Below are positions 11,061 through 21,144 of a DNA stretch of 64,000 bases, in pieces. The DNA is from Gammaproteobacteria bacterium (GTDB taxonomy: Bacteria; Pseudomonadota; Gammaproteobacteria; Nevskiales; Nevskiaceae). The stretch is from NCBI GenBank assembly GCA_026398875.1, contig JAPLSB010000008.1, positions 37,986 to 101,985 on the forward strand. Reading direction: 5' to 3'. Below the pieces are notes generated by a model. It saw nothing but the letters and a program-made list of their open reading frames with translations, was not told the origin of the DNA and searched no databases. Position 1 is the first letter of the stretch; every line of letters starts with the position of its first letter. The position numbers were made by a program, and so were the translations under genes.

Positions 11061-12518
11061 TCATTCGCGCCAGAAGGTCGGCGTCAGCAGCACGATCAGC
11101 ACGAACACCTCAAGTCGTCCGGCGAGCATGGCGATGGTGCAGACCCAGGTCTGGAAATCGCTGAACGGCTGGAACGTACCGGCCGGTCCAATGATGCCGA
11201 TGCCGGGGCCGGTGTTGTTGATGGATGCGATCACGGCGCTGAACGCAGTACTCAGCTCGACCCCGGAGATCACCAGCGCGAAGCTCAGCGTGACGACGCT
11301 GATCGTGTACAGGTGGATGAAGCCGAACACCGACAGCACGGTACGGTCGGCAATCACCTGACCGCCGACCTTCAGCGTAGACACCGCGCTCGGATGCACC
11401 AGGCTCATCAGCTCGCGGGCGCTCTGCTTGAACAGGATCAGCAGGCGGATCATCTTGATGCCGCCACCGGTCGAGCCGGCCGCGCTGAGCACGCAGGACA
11501 GGCTGAGCATCCACAGGCTGGCGAAGATCGGCCACTGGCCGTAGTCGGTGCTCGCCAGCCCGCACGTCAGACCGACCGAGACGAGGTTGAAGGTCGCGTG
11601 GCGCAGTGCCGTCCAGTAGCTCGGATAGACACCGAGCCCCCAGATGTAGAGCGCCATGCCGACGCAGCTGGCCAGCAACAGCAGCAGCATCGTGTAGATC
11701 TCAGGATCTCTGATGTACGGCCGCAGGCTGCGAGCACGCCAGCAGACGAAATGCGTCGCGAAATTGACGCCAGCCAGCAGCATGAACAGCACGGCAACGC
11801 CTTCGAGCAGCGGCGAGTCGAAGAAGCTCATGCTGGCGTCATGGGTCGAGAAGCCGCCCAGCGACATCACCGAGAACGCGTGGCAGACCGCGTCGAACCA
11901 GCTCATGCCGCCGATCCGGAACGACAGGATGCAGGCCAGCGTCAGGCCGAAGTAGATCGACCATATCGAGCGCGCCGTCTGCACGAAGCGCGGTGTGAGC
12001 TTGGAGTCCTTGATCGGCCCGGTCGCTTCAGCGCGGTACACCTGCATGCCGCCGACGCCGAGCAGTGGCAGCACCGCCATCGCCAGCCCGATGATGCCGA
12101 GACCGCCAAGCCAGGTCAGTTCGTGGCGCCACAGGTTGTGCGCATGCGGAATGTGATCGAGCCCGGTGATCACCGTCGCACCGGTGGTGGTCAGGCCGGA
12201 CACGGTCTCGAAGTAGGCATCCGTAAACGACATGCCGAGGCCGAGAATCAGCGGCACCGTCGCAGTGGCGGCCAGCAGCATCCAGATCAGCGCCACCAGC
12301 AGGAAGCCGTCGCGCGACTTCAGCTCGCGTCGGTGGCGGCGGCCGATACCCCACATCAGGAAGCCGACCGCGAAGTTGGTTGCCGCGCCAGCGAGGAACG
12401 GCGGCAGCGCGCCCTCGTCGAAATACAGCGACACGCCGATCGGCGGCAGGAAGGCCGCGGAAAACGCCATCAGCAGAATGCCGAGCGGCCGGATGACGTG
12501 GAGCAGGTCCTTCAGCAA
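11061..12518 (-). CDS. trkH: Trk potassium uptake system membrane subunit
   Basis: 485 aa polytopic protein with repeated selectivity-filter-like motifs (SGLTTTGATV, GGFSTHD, STGGGIK, INNTGPG). Convergent with trkA. Confidence 0.95.
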   Translation of the reverse strand: MLKDLLHVIRPLGILLMAFSAAFLPPIGVSLYFDEGALPPFLAGAATNFAVGFLMWGIGRRHRRELKSRDGFLLVALIWMLLAATATVPLILGLGMSFTDAYFETVSGLTTTGATVITGLDHIPHAHNLWRHELTWLGGLGIIGLAMAVLPLLGVGGMQVYRAEATGPIKDSKLTPRFVQTARSIWSIYFGLTLACILSFRIGGMSWFDAVCHAFSVMSLGGFSTHDASMSFFDSPLLEGVAVLFMLLAGVNFATHFVCWRARSLRPYIRDPEIYTMLLLLLASCVGMALYIWGLGVYPSYWTALRHATFNLVSVGLTCGLASTDYGQWPIFASLWMLSLSCVLSAAGSTGGGIKMIRLLILFKQSARELMSLVHPSAVSTLKVGGQVIADRTVLSVFGFIHLYTISVVTLSFALVISGVELSTAFSAVIASINNTGPGIGIIGPAGTFQPFSDFQTWVCTIAMLAGRLEVFVLIVLLTPTFWRE

Positions 12519-12640
12519 GGCGATTCGGCCAGCGAACAGGGTGGACGCAGTTTACATCGCGCTCCGGCCGGCTCCGGGTCGGCGCACGCGGCATTTCGTA
12601 AACTGCGCGGCGATCGTCCGATCGAAAGCCCAAGCCGCTC

Positions 12641-13579
12641 ATGTCCGTCTTCACCAAAGTCAGCCACACCGAACTCGAAGCCTTCCTGCGGCACTACGAC
12701 CTCGGCACGCTGATCGGCTACACCGGTATCGGCGAAGGCATCGAAAACACCAACTACTTCGTCGACACCAGCCGCGGCCGCTGGGTGCTGACCTTGTTCG
12801 AGCGGCTGAACTACGACGACCTGCCGTTCTTCCTCGGCCTGATGGAGCACCTCGCTCGTCATGGCTATGCCAGCGCGCTGCCGGTGGCCGACAACGATGG
12901 CCGCACGCTGTCGAGTCTGAACGGCAAGCCCGCCGCGCTGGTCGCGCGGCTGACCGGCCAGAGCGTGCTGTTTCCAAGCTTGGCGCAGTGCGCGGCGGTC
13001 GGCCACGCGCTGGGCGAACTGCACAAGCTGACCGCCAGCTACACCGGCACCTGCGGAAACAGCCGAGGTGTCGAATGGCGCAAGGCCACCGGCGAAACGC
13101 TGCTGCCGAAGGTGCCGGAAGACGCCCGCGCGCTGATCGCGGACGAACTGGCGGCGCAGGCTACCCTCGATCTCGCCAGCCTGCCGCAGGGCGTGATCCA
13201 CGCCGACCTGTTCAAGGACAACGTGCTGTTCGTCGACGAGCGCCTGACCGGCGTCATCGACTTCTACTACGCCTGCAACGATGCGCTGCTGTATGACCTC
13301 GCGGTGACGCTGAACGACTGGTGTGCCGAAGCCGACGGCAGCCTGAACAAGGCGCACGCGGCAGCACTGTTGTCCGCGTATCGCGCCTGCCGGCCGCCGA
13401 ACGCCGCCGAAAAGGCCGCCTGGCCGCTGGTGCTGCGCGCAGCGGCGTTCCGTTTCTACCTGTCACGGCTGTACGACTGGACGTTCCCGCGCGAAGGCGA
13501 TCTGGTCCACATCAAGGATCCGGAGCCGTACCGGCGAATCCTGATGCATCACCGCACGCAGGCGGCGCCCGCGCTCTAG
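12641..13579 (+). CDS. thrB: Homoserine kinase (ThrB, aminoglycoside-phosphotransferase-fold type)
   Basis: MSVFTKVSHTELEAFLRHYDLGTL...GIENTNYFV...VIHADLFKDNVLF matches the Pseudomonas-type ThrB pattern. Confidence 0.9.
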   Translation: MSVFTKVSHTELEAFLRHYDLGTLIGYTGIGEGIENTNYFVDTSRGRWVLTLFERLNYDDLPFFLGLMEHLARHGYASALPVADNDGRTLSSLNGKPAALVARLTGQSVLFPSLAQCAAVGHALGELHKLTASYTGTCGNSRGVEWRKATGETLLPKVPEDARALIADELAAQATLDLASLPQGVIHADLFKDNVLFVDERLTGVIDFYYACNDALLYDLAVTLNDWCAEADGSLNKAHAAALLSAYRACRPPNAAEKAAWPLVLRAAAFRFYLSRLYDWTFPREGDLVHIKDPEPYRRILMHHRTQAAPAL

Positions 13580-13590
13580 ACTGAGCGCGG

Positions 13591-13824
13591 TCAGCAGCAG
13601 CGCGGATTCGCCGCCGAGCCGTAACGTGCGTCCTGCCGCTCGCGGAAGAACTCGTCGTAGCTCATCACCGCTTCGTCCGGATGCGCCGCCCGGCGGTGGC
13701 GAACGTAGTTCTCGTAGTCCGGCATGCCGACCGCGAGGTTCGCGGTCTGCGCAGCCTTCTTCCACGCAGCATGCAGCCGCGCGATGACGCCGGCATCGGG
13801 CGCTTCAGGCGGCGGCCGGCGCAT
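13591..13824 (-). CDS. YbdD/YjiX family small protein
   Basis: C-terminal GMPDYENYVRHRRAAHPDEAVMSYDEFFRERQDARYG...RCC is the YbdD signature. It sits directly downstream of cstA, and the start at 13824 overlaps the cstA 3' end by 20 nt. Confidence 0.8.
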   Translation of the reverse strand: MRRPPPEAPDAGVIARLHAAWKKAAQTANLAVGMPDYENYVRHRRAAHPDEAVMSYDEFFRERQDARYGSAANPRCC

Positions 13825-15874
13825 CGTCCACCGCCACGTACGGCGCTTCGCGGGCCGTGACCTCACGAGTGCGCAGGCTGGCCAGCGCGGTGCGCACCGC
13901 GAGCACGAACACGATCACCACCACACTCATGAACAGCAGCGCCAGCGCGGCGTCGATGCGGTCGTTCAGCACGATGCGGCTCATCTGCGCCATTGATTTC
14001 GCCGGTGCCAGCACTTCGCCGTTTGCGAGTGCCGTGCCGAACTTGTCGGCATGGGCCAGAAAGCCGATGCGCGGATTGGCCGAGAACACCTTGAGCGTGC
14101 CGGCGTACAGCGTGCAGGTCAGCAGCCAGGCCATCGGCACGGCGGTGATCCACGCGTAGCGCGCGCGCTTCATCTTGATCAGCACCACGGTGGCGAAGAT
14201 CAGCGCGATGCCGGCCAGCATCTGGTTGGCGATGCCGAACAGCGGCCACAGCGTGTTGATGCCACCCAGCGGATCGGTCACGCCCTGCATCAGGAACCAG
14301 CCCCAGCCGGCAACGCACAGCGTGGTCGCCACAGCATTCGCGACCCAGCTGCGCGTGTTCTTCATCGGCGCGTAGGCGCTGCCGATGAAGTCCTGGATCA
14401 TGAAGCGGCCGATGCGGGTGCCGGCGTCGATCGTGGTCAGGATGAACAGCGCTTCGAACAGGATCGCGTAGTGGTACCAGAACGCCATCGAGGCGACGCT
14501 CGGCACCACCTGATGCAGGATCATCGCCATGCCGACGGCCAAGGTCGGCGCACCACCGGCACGACTGAGGATCGTGGTTTCGCCGATGTCCCTCGCCGTC
14601 TGGGTCAGCAGTTCCGGCGTCACCACGAAGCCCCAGTTGGCGATCGCGGCGGCCGCGGATTCCGCCGTGGTGCCGAGCACTGCGGCCGGCGAGTTCATCG
14701 CGAAGTAGATGCCCGGTTCGAGGATGCAGGCCGCGGTCAGCGCCATGATCGCCACACTGGCTTCCATCAGCATGCTGCCGTAGCCGATCGGCCGGGCGTG
14801 CGCTTCATTGGCCAGCATCTTCGGCGTGGTGCCGCTCGACACCATCGCGTGGAAACCGCTGACCGCGCCGCAGGCGATGGTGATGAACAGGAACGGAAAC
14901 GGCGGCCCGGCCCAGACCGGCCCGGTGCCGTCGATGAACGGTGTCACCGCCGGCATCTTCAGGTCCGGTGCGGCGATCAGGATCGCAATGGCGAGTACGG
15001 CGATGGTGCCGATCTTCATGAACGTCGACAGGTAGTCGCGCGGCGCCAGCAGCAGCCAGACCGGCAGCACCGAAGCCGCGAAGCCGTAGCCGATCAGCAT
15101 CCAGGTCAGCGTCACGCCGTCGTGCGTAAACGCCGCCGCCCAGACCGGGTCGGCTGCGACATGGCCGCCGAGGATCACCGAAGCGATCAGCAGCACGACA
15201 CCGATCGCCGACACCTCGCCGACCCGCCCCGGCCGCAGGTAGCGGGCATAGACGCCCATGAACAGGGCGATCGGAATGGTCGCGGCAACGGTGAACAGGC
15301 CCCAGGGGCTCTCACTGAGCGCCTTGATGACGATCAGCGCCAGCACGGCGATCAGCATGATGGTGATCGCCAGGATGCCGCCGGCCGCGACCGTGCCGGC
15401 GACCGGCCCGAGTTCGCTCTTGATCATCTCGCCCATGCCGCGGGCGTCGCGGCGAGTCGACAGGAACAGCACCACGTAGTCCTGCACCGCACCGGCAAAC
15501 ACCACGCCGACTAGGATCCACAAGGTGCCCGGCAGATAGCCCATCTGCGCGGCCAGCACCGGACCGACCAGCGGACCGGCGCCGGCAATCGCCGCGAAGT
15601 GGTGGCCGAACAGCACCGTGCGATCGGTCGGCACGTAGTCGAGGCCGTCGTTGCGCAGCACCGCCGGCGTGGCGCGGCGCGGATCGACCTGCAAGGCCAC
15701 GTTGGCGATGAAGCGGCTGTAGAAGCGGTAGCCGATCACGAACACCGAACCGGCAGCGGCAATCAGCCACATCGCGTTGATCGTTTCGCCGCGGCGCAAC
15801 GCCACGGTAGCCAGACAGGCGGCGCCGAAGATCGACAACGCCAGCCACAGCGCGCGGCTCAACAGGGTATTCAT
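13805..15874 (-). CDS. cstA: Carbon starvation protein A (peptide/pyruvate transporter family)
   Basis: About 690 aa polytopic membrane protein. FGHHFAAIAGAGPLVGPVLAAQ and CGAVSGFH are CstA motifs. The ATG at 15874 (MNTLLSRALW...) is preferred over the track start. Confidence 0.93.
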   Translation of the reverse strand: MNTLLSRALWLALSIFGAACLATVALRRGETINAMWLIAAAGSVFVIGYRFYSRFIANVALQVDPRRATPAVLRNDGLDYVPTDRTVLFGHHFAAIAGAGPLVGPVLAAQMGYLPGTLWILVGVVFAGAVQDYVVLFLSTRRDARGMGEMIKSELGPVAGTVAAGGILAITIMLIAVLALIVIKALSESPWGLFTVAATIPIALFMGVYARYLRPGRVGEVSAIGVVLLIASVILGGHVAADPVWAAAFTHDGVTLTWMLIGYGFAASVLPVWLLLAPRDYLSTFMKIGTIAVLAIAILIAAPDLKMPAVTPFIDGTGPVWAGPPFPFLFITIACGAVSGFHAMVSSGTTPKMLANEAHARPIGYGSMLMEASVAIMALTAACILEPGIYFAMNSPAAVLGTTAESAAAAIANWGFVVTPELLTQTARDIGETTILSRAGGAPTLAVGMAMILHQVVPSVASMAFWYHYAILFEALFILTTIDAGTRIGRFMIQDFIGSAYAPMKNTRSWVANAVATTLCVAGWGWFLMQGVTDPLGGINTLWPLFGIANQMLAGIALIFATVVLIKMKRARYAWITAVPMAWLLTCTLYAGTLKVFSANPRIGFLAHADKFGTALANGEVLAPAKSMAQMSRIVLNDRIDAALALLFMSVVVIVFVLAVRTALASLRTREVTAREAPYVAVDDAPAAA

Positions 15875-15986
15875 CGGGTTCGGGTCAGGCTTGCAGGTTC
15901 GAGGCAGCGTCCGGAGCGACGACTGCTGGCCGGCAAGATTCCGTGCTGCGCGCGGCCCGGTCAAGGCGGCGCGGCGCGGCCTGACT

Positions 15987-16433
15987 TCAGCCGGGCAGCG
16001 CGTAGCTGCCGGTAGCGTGAGCGACCAGCGTGTCGTCGCCTTCGCTGTAAAGCAGCACCTCGACCATCGCCAGCCGCCGGCCCAGCTTCAGGATGCGGCC
16101 TTCGGCGATCACCGCGACCGGCTTCGGGCGGCTCAGGAAGTTGATGTTGATGTTGGCAGTGACCGCCATCACCTGATCGCCGATGTGGGCCAGCACTACG
16201 GCAAACATCGCGGTGTCGGTCGCCAGCATCAGCACCGGGCCTGCGACCGTGCCACCCGGCCGGACCATCCAGTCCTGATACGGCAGGCACACCCGGGCGA
16301 CTCCGGGCGCGATCTCCAGCACGCGGAACTGCGAATGGGTCGCCATTGGCAGCCCGTCGTAGATGATCTTCTCGACCGTCGCTGCATCCAGCACCGGCAG
16401 CAGCGGTCGGGCGGCAGGCTTGGCGCCGCTCAC
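15987..16433 (-). CDS. PaaI-family hotdog-fold thioesterase
   Basis: C-terminal 148 aa of the 15987..17840 track ORF (FRVLEIAPGVARVCLPYQDWMVRPGGTVAGPVLMLATDTAMFAVV...GRRLAMVEV). A GTG at 16433 overlaps the upstream gene's TGA (GTGA). An alternative internal ATG would truncate the fold. Confidence 0.75.
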   Translation of the reverse strand: MSGAKPAARPLLPVLDAATVEKIIYDGLPMATHSQFRVLEIAPGVARVCLPYQDWMVRPGGTVAGPVLMLATDTAMFAVVLAHIGDQVMAVTANININFLSRPKPVAVIAEGRILKLGRRLAMVEVLLYSEGDDTLVAHATGSYALPG

Positions 16434-18451
16434 GGGCAGGCCGCCGTGCCCGGCAGGCAGGTCGAGATCAGCTGCGGCTGGCCGGTCTGCACGGCGTTCA
16501 TCGTCACCGTCGCGGTGCCGAGCTGGATGCCCAGCAGCGACAGCAGCGGATCGACCAGCGACGTGGTCAGCCCGTTGACCAGATTCAGCAGCGGATTCAG
16601 CAGGTTGACGATCCCGGTCAGCAGATTCGACACGACGCCGGTCAGGACGCCGACCAGCCCGCTGCCGCTCTGGGTGTTGGTCAGGTCCAGACTGATATCG
16701 ACGGTGGTCGGCGCGGAAATGCTTTGCGGATTGGCGGCCGCCGGGGCCTGCGGCGGCACGCCGTCGGCAATGAATACCGGCTGCAGGCGCGAGTTGCTGA
16801 CGGCGGCCGGCGTGAACTCGCCGACCGGGTCGAGCGCCACCGGCGCGCCAGCGCCGACGCCGACACCGGTCAGACCGAGACCGACGTTGACCGAGGTGGT
16901 GCCGAGGTTGACGCCCAGGCACAGCGATCCGAGCTTGACGCCGACGCAGCTGGCATCGATGCCGACGGTGGCGATCGGGAAAGTATTGGTCGCGGTGTTC
17001 AGCGCAGGCGCCGAGAAAGCCGCGCCGGTGAAGGTGCCGACGGCGACCGTCGCCGTCGCGGTGCGGGCATCGAGGTGGGCAACCGGATCGGCGCGCCCCG
17101 AGGTCGGGCACTGCAGGCGTTCGAGCGTCGCCGCGCCGCCGGCGACCTGCACGTCGACACCGAGATTCAGCGGCGGCGACACCACGCTGACCGTGGTCTT
17201 GAGCCCGACCAGACTGCCGAGCAGGCTCAGAATGCCGTTCAGAAGACCATTGATGGCACCGAGCAGGCCGTTGAGGATGCCGCCGGCCTCGATGCGGATC
17301 AGCAGGCGGACCTGCGCGGTCTTCGCTTCCGCCTGTCCCGGCCGGCCGATGCCGAACTGCGGCGGCTCCAGCACGTTGATGAAGGTCGCGACATTCGCCA
17401 CCCCCGGCACGCTGAGCATGATCGGCAGATTGATCGGCGTGACTCCGCTCGGATCCGCCACGGCGGCCTGACCGCTGCCGATCAAAAGGTCCAGCAGGTT
17501 GGCGATCGGTGTGTCGCCACTGAGGCCTTCGAGGGAGCCCAGCAACTGACCGAGCGGCACCTGGCGAGGATTCGACGCCGCATTGGCCAGCCCCTGCAGC
17601 AGCGCCACGACCGTGCCGCTGGCGGTGTCGCCGAGTGCGCCGACCAGCCCGCCGAGCAATTCCGACAGGATCGGCGTCTGCGCCGACAAGGTCAGCGGAT
17701 CGGACAGGTCCTTCACCGACACGCCGAGCGCCGTTGCCAGCTGGCCCAGCGACACCTGGGTATTGACCAGCCCCTGCATGCCGTTGACGACATCCAGCGA
17801 CAAGATCGAGGCCTGGCAGGCCGCGTCGCCCGGCGCGCACAGCAGGCCGCCGAGCAGACCGTTGACGATGCCGCCATTCAGCGACAGCAGCCCCGATCCG
17901 ACGTTGAAGGTGCCGATCGCGGCCTGCTGTGCCGTGGCCGAGGCGAACAGGTTGCCGCCGCCGAACACCGCGCCAACCGGGATCAGGAACGGCGTCGGCT
18001 GCGGCCGGGTCAGGTTGACGCGCACCGCGTTGACCGTCGGGTCACCATCGACCAGCGGCACGAACCGGCGCAGACCACCGGCGACATCGATGCGGCCGAC
18101 CTCGACACCCGGCGAGCCGTTGATGCCGGAGGTCAGCAATGCAGCGACACCGGCGGCATTGCCGGCGTTGTTGGCGGCGATGATCCGGATGACTTCCTGG
18201 GTGACGGCCGCAAGCAGACCGGGCCGACCATCATTGGCGCAGCCACTGGCGACCTGAGTCGCCGAAAGCGCCGCCAGCGTCGCCTGCTTTTCCAGATCGC
18301 GCTGGGCGTAGTAGAGCTGACCGATGTTCAGCGCCAGCGCCAGGATCGGCACCAGCAGCAGCAGCGAAATGACCAGAAAAACACCGGCCGCACCGCGTTG
18401 TTGCGATCGCAGGCGCAGTCGGCGCGGGGTGCGGTCGGACGAGGTCGGCAC
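16430..18451 (-). CDS. TadG-like (Tad/Flp pilus-assembly N-terminal domain) membrane-anchored protein with a long Gly/Leu/Val-rich region
   Basis: QQRGAAGVFLVISLLLLVPILALALNIGQLYYAQRDLEKQATLAALSA matches the TadE/G-like N-terminal motif. No ATG is available, so I use the GTG at 18451 preceded by GGAG 10 nt upstream. The rest is rich in LLxGLL-type motifs and has no recognisable vWA domain. Confidence 0.6.
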   Translation of the reverse strand: MPTSSDRTPRRLRLRSQQRGAAGVFLVISLLLLVPILALALNIGQLYYAQRDLEKQATLAALSATQVASGCANDGRPGLLAAVTQEVIRIIAANNAGNAAGVAALLTSGINGSPGVEVGRIDVAGGLRRFVPLVDGDPTVNAVRVNLTRPQPTPFLIPVGAVFGGGNLFASATAQQAAIGTFNVGSGLLSLNGGIVNGLLGGLLCAPGDAACQASILSLDVVNGMQGLVNTQVSLGQLATALGVSVKDLSDPLTLSAQTPILSELLGGLVGALGDTASGTVVALLQGLANAASNPRQVPLGQLLGSLEGLSGDTPIANLLDLLIGSGQAAVADPSGVTPINLPIMLSVPGVANVATFINVLEPPQFGIGRPGQAEAKTAQVRLLIRIEAGGILNGLLGAINGLLNGILSLLGSLVGLKTTVSVVSPPLNLGVDVQVAGGAATLERLQCPTSGRADPVAHLDARTATATVAVGTFTGAAFSAPALNTATNTFPIATVGIDASCVGVKLGSLCLGVNLGTTSVNVGLGLTGVGVGAGAPVALDPVGEFTPAAVSNSRLQPVFIADGVPPQAPAAANPQSISAPTTVDISLDLTNTQSGSGLVGVLTGVVSNLLTGIVNLLNPLLNLVNGLTTSLVDPLLSLLGIQLGTATVTMNAVQTGQPQLISTCLPGTAACP

Positions 18452-18657
18452 GGGATCGGAACTCCAGAATGGCGATGCGCGGATCGAAGCCGCTGGCTGC
18501 GCAGAGTAAAGCGACTGCTCCCCGCCGTGAAAGCCGGTCCACCGATCCCTTGAGGCCACGGCGGATGGACGGCGGCTTTTGCCGCACTCAGCGGCTGCCG
18601 CTGTCAGGGAACCGCTGCAGCAGCGATACTCGCGCGACTCCACCCCGCACGCGCGCC

Positions 18658-19272
18658 ATGATCGTCCTGCACGGCTACACCGGCTCCGGAAACTGCTACA
18701 AGCCCGCGCTGCTGATGCGCCAGCTGGGCATCCCGTATCAGTGGCGCGAGGTCGACATCCTGAACGGCGAATCGCGAACTCCGGCGTTCCTGGCCAAGAA
18801 CGCCAACGGCCGGATTCCGCTGCTGGAAGTCGAACCGGGCCGCTACCTCGCCGAGTCGAACGCCATGCTCTGCTACCTCGCCGAAGGCTCGGCGCTGCTG
18901 CCGGCCGATCGCTGGGCACGCGCAAAGGTTTTCGAGTGGCTGTTCTTCGAGCAGTACAGCCATGAGCCGTTCATTGCCACCGTGCGCTTCTGGGTAGCGA
19001 TCCAGAAGTCGGCCGAAACCAATGCCGCCAAGATCGCCGAGATGCGGCCGAAGGGCTACGCGGCGCTGGGCGTGATGGAAGCGCAGCTCGCGAAAACGGC
19101 CTTCCTGACGGGCGCGGCCTACACGATTGCCGATATCGCGCTGTATGCCTACACGCACGTGGCCGACGAGGGCGGTTTCGACCTGGCCGGGTTTCCAGCC
19201 GTGCGTGACTGGCTGGCGCGGGTTGCGGCACAGCCCGGCCACCTGACGATGGCAGCCGCCGCTGCGGCTTGA
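18658..19272 (+). CDS. Glutathione S-transferase
   Basis: MIVLHGYTGSGNCYKPALLMRQLGIPYQWREVDILNGESRTPAFLAKNANGRIPLLE is a thioredoxin-like GST N-domain, followed by a helical C-domain. ATG at 18658. Confidence 0.9.
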   Translation: MIVLHGYTGSGNCYKPALLMRQLGIPYQWREVDILNGESRTPAFLAKNANGRIPLLEVEPGRYLAESNAMLCYLAEGSALLPADRWARAKVFEWLFFEQYSHEPFIATVRFWVAIQKSAETNAAKIAEMRPKGYAALGVMEAQLAKTAFLTGAAYTIADIALYAYTHVADEGGFDLAGFPAVRDWLARVAAQPGHLTMAAAAAA

Positions 19273-19279
19273 GTCGGGC

Positions 19280-19786
19280 TCAGCCGCCGGCAGCAACCTT
19301 CAGCTTGAGCATCTTCTTCTTGATGCGCTCGCGCTTCAGCGACGACAGGTAATCGATGTACAGCTTGCCGTCGAGGTGGTCGATCTCGTGCTGCACGCAT
19401 TGCGCGGCCAGACCCTCGCAGTCCAGCTCGAACGGCACGCCGTGACGATCCAGCGCCCGCACGCGCAGCCGGTTGAAGCGCTCGACGGTATCGCGGATAT
19501 CCGGCACCGACAGGCAACCTTCTTCCATTTCCTGCCGCTCATCGGTCGACAGGATTTCCGGGTTGATCAACACCATAGGCTCGGTTTTGCTGTCCGAGCA
19601 GTCCATCACCGACAGGCGCAGCAGCACGCCGCACTGATTGGCGGCAAGGCCGACGCCCGGTGCGTCGTACATCGTTTCGAACAGGTCGTCGATCAGCTTC
19701 TGCAGCTTGTCGTCGAACACGGTGACCGGCTTGGTCTTCTGGCGAAGGCGCGGATCAGGATGCGTGAGGATGGGAAGAACGGCCAT
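19280..19786 (-). CDS. def: Peptide deformylase
   Basis: [15 protein letters not shown] and QHEIDHL are the three PDF motifs. ATG at 19786 (MAVLPIL...). Confidence 0.95.
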   Translation of the reverse strand: MAVLPILTHPDPRLRQKTKPVTVFDDKLQKLIDDLFETMYDAPGVGLAANQCGVLLRLSVMDCSDSKTEPMVLINPEILSTDERQEMEEGCLSVPDIRDTVERFNRLRVRALDRHGVPFELDCEGLAAQCVQHEIDHLDGKLYIDYLSSLKRERIKKKMLKLKVAAGG

Positions 19787-19924
19787 GATTGACGACCTGC
19801 ACCATTGACTTGAGAAATCGACGACCACCATGCGGACCGCGAAGGGTTTGTGCCGGCGCCTGTTCGGGCATTCATGCCAGAATCCGGGCGGTCTCCGAAG
19901 GGCCGCACGAGGGTATCCGCAGCC

Positions 19925-21109
19925 ATGAGGAAGTATAACGCCTCGCCGTTTTCGCCCTCCTGCCGCCGTCCAGGCCTGCTGGCGGCGATCGCGATCAGCC
20001 TCGCGAACCTGGCGGGCTGCGCCGCCCCTGCGCCGGCTCCCGCGCCTGCCCCATCCGTGGTGACGGCACCGGCGCCTGCTGTCGTCGAACCGCTGGCGAA
20101 CAGCCCGGCGGCGCAGGCTTCAGCCGGCACGCTGGCGCTGCGCGAAGACGCGCCGATGCGCTACGTGGTCAAGAAGGGCGACACGCTGTGGGACATCGCC
20201 CAGCATTTCCTGCGCGATCCCTGGCAGTGGCCGGAACTCTGGTACGGCAATACGCAGGTCCGCAACCCGCATCGGATCCACCCGGGCGACGTGCTGACCC
20301 TGGTCAGCGTCGACGGCCGCACTCGGCTGGTCAGCACCGGCCCGCTGGAGCGCCTGTCGCCGCAGATCCGCGAGGAAGCGCTCGACGCCTCGCTGCCGGC
20401 GATCCCGATCGACGCGATCCGCAATTTCCTGCGCGGCCCGCGCCTGGTCACGCTCGAGGAAACCAAGCGTGCGCCGTACATCGTCGCTTTCGTCGACGAG
20501 CGGCTGGCCGTGGGCGCCAACAACGACATCTACGTGAAGAATCTGGCCCAGCCGATCGCCTACAACTACGCGGTGATTCGCGTCGGCGAGGCCTATCGCG
20601 ATCCGGAAACCCGCAAGCTGCTCGGCTACGAAGCGATTCCTGCCGGTGAAGCCGAACTTCGGACGCCGGAGGCCCCGCTGGGCAGCACGGCCGTGATGCG
20701 GGTGACCAAGTCCACCCGCGAAGTGCTGATCGCCGACCGTCTGCTGCCGATCGAAGCGGAAAGCTTCGACGCCAACTTCTTCCCGCATGCGCCGCGATCG
20801 CCGATCGATGGCCGGATCATCTCGGTGTTCGACGGCCTGTCGCAGATCTCGCAGTATCAGATCGTTGCGCTCAATCGCGGCTCCGCGCACGGGCTTGACC
20901 CGGGTACGGTGCTCGACATCCTGCAGACCGGTCGCGTCGTGTCCGATCCGTACACGCGGAACGCGGTCACGCTGCCGGACCAGTACGCCGGCGTGCTGAT
21001 GGTGTTCAAGGTCACGCCCGAACTCAGCTACGCGCTGGTGATGAACGCGATCCGGCCGCTGCACGTGCTCGACAAGGTCACCCGGCCGGCACGGTCGTCG
21101 CAGCGCTGA
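19925..21109 (+). CDS. LysM peptidoglycan-binding lipoprotein (TsaP-like, at the conserved def/dprA position)
   Basis: Lipobox LANLAGC. LysM motif [27 protein letters not shown]...IHPGDVLTL. The position between def and dprA mirrors the Pseudomonas PA0020 (TsaP) arrangement. Confidence 0.8.
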   Translation: MRKYNASPFSPSCRRPGLLAAIAISLANLAGCAAPAPAPAPAPSVVTAPAPAVVEPLANSPAAQASAGTLALREDAPMRYVVKKGDTLWDIAQHFLRDPWQWPELWYGNTQVRNPHRIHPGDVLTLVSVDGRTRLVSTGPLERLSPQIREEALDASLPAIPIDAIRNFLRGPRLVTLEETKRAPYIVAFVDERLAVGANNDIYVKNLAQPIAYNYAVIRVGEAYRDPETRKLLGYEAIPAGEAELRTPEAPLGSTAVMRVTKSTREVLIADRLLPIEAESFDANFFPHAPRSPIDGRIISVFDGLSQISQYQIVALNRGSAHGLDPGTVLDILQTGRVVSDPYTRNAVTLPDQYAGVLMVFKVTPELSYALVMNAIRPLHVLDKVTRPARSSQR

Positions 21110-21144
21110 GTCGCGACCCGACACCGCGCGGCAAGGACGCCGCC

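Noticed and set aside
16434-17840. Reading the thioesterase as the C-terminus of a 617-aa protein
   Set aside because: The upstream 470 aa are Arg/Gly/Pro-rich junk in an alternative frame of the TadG-like gene. The hotdog domain begins right at a GTG that overlaps the upstream stop.
18452-18925. Upstream ATG (18925) for the TadG-like gene
   Set aside because: The extra 158 aa are Arg/Ser/Cys-rich, and they overlap the GST gene and its promoter region on the other strand. The conserved Tad N-terminal motif follows the GTG at 18451 closely.
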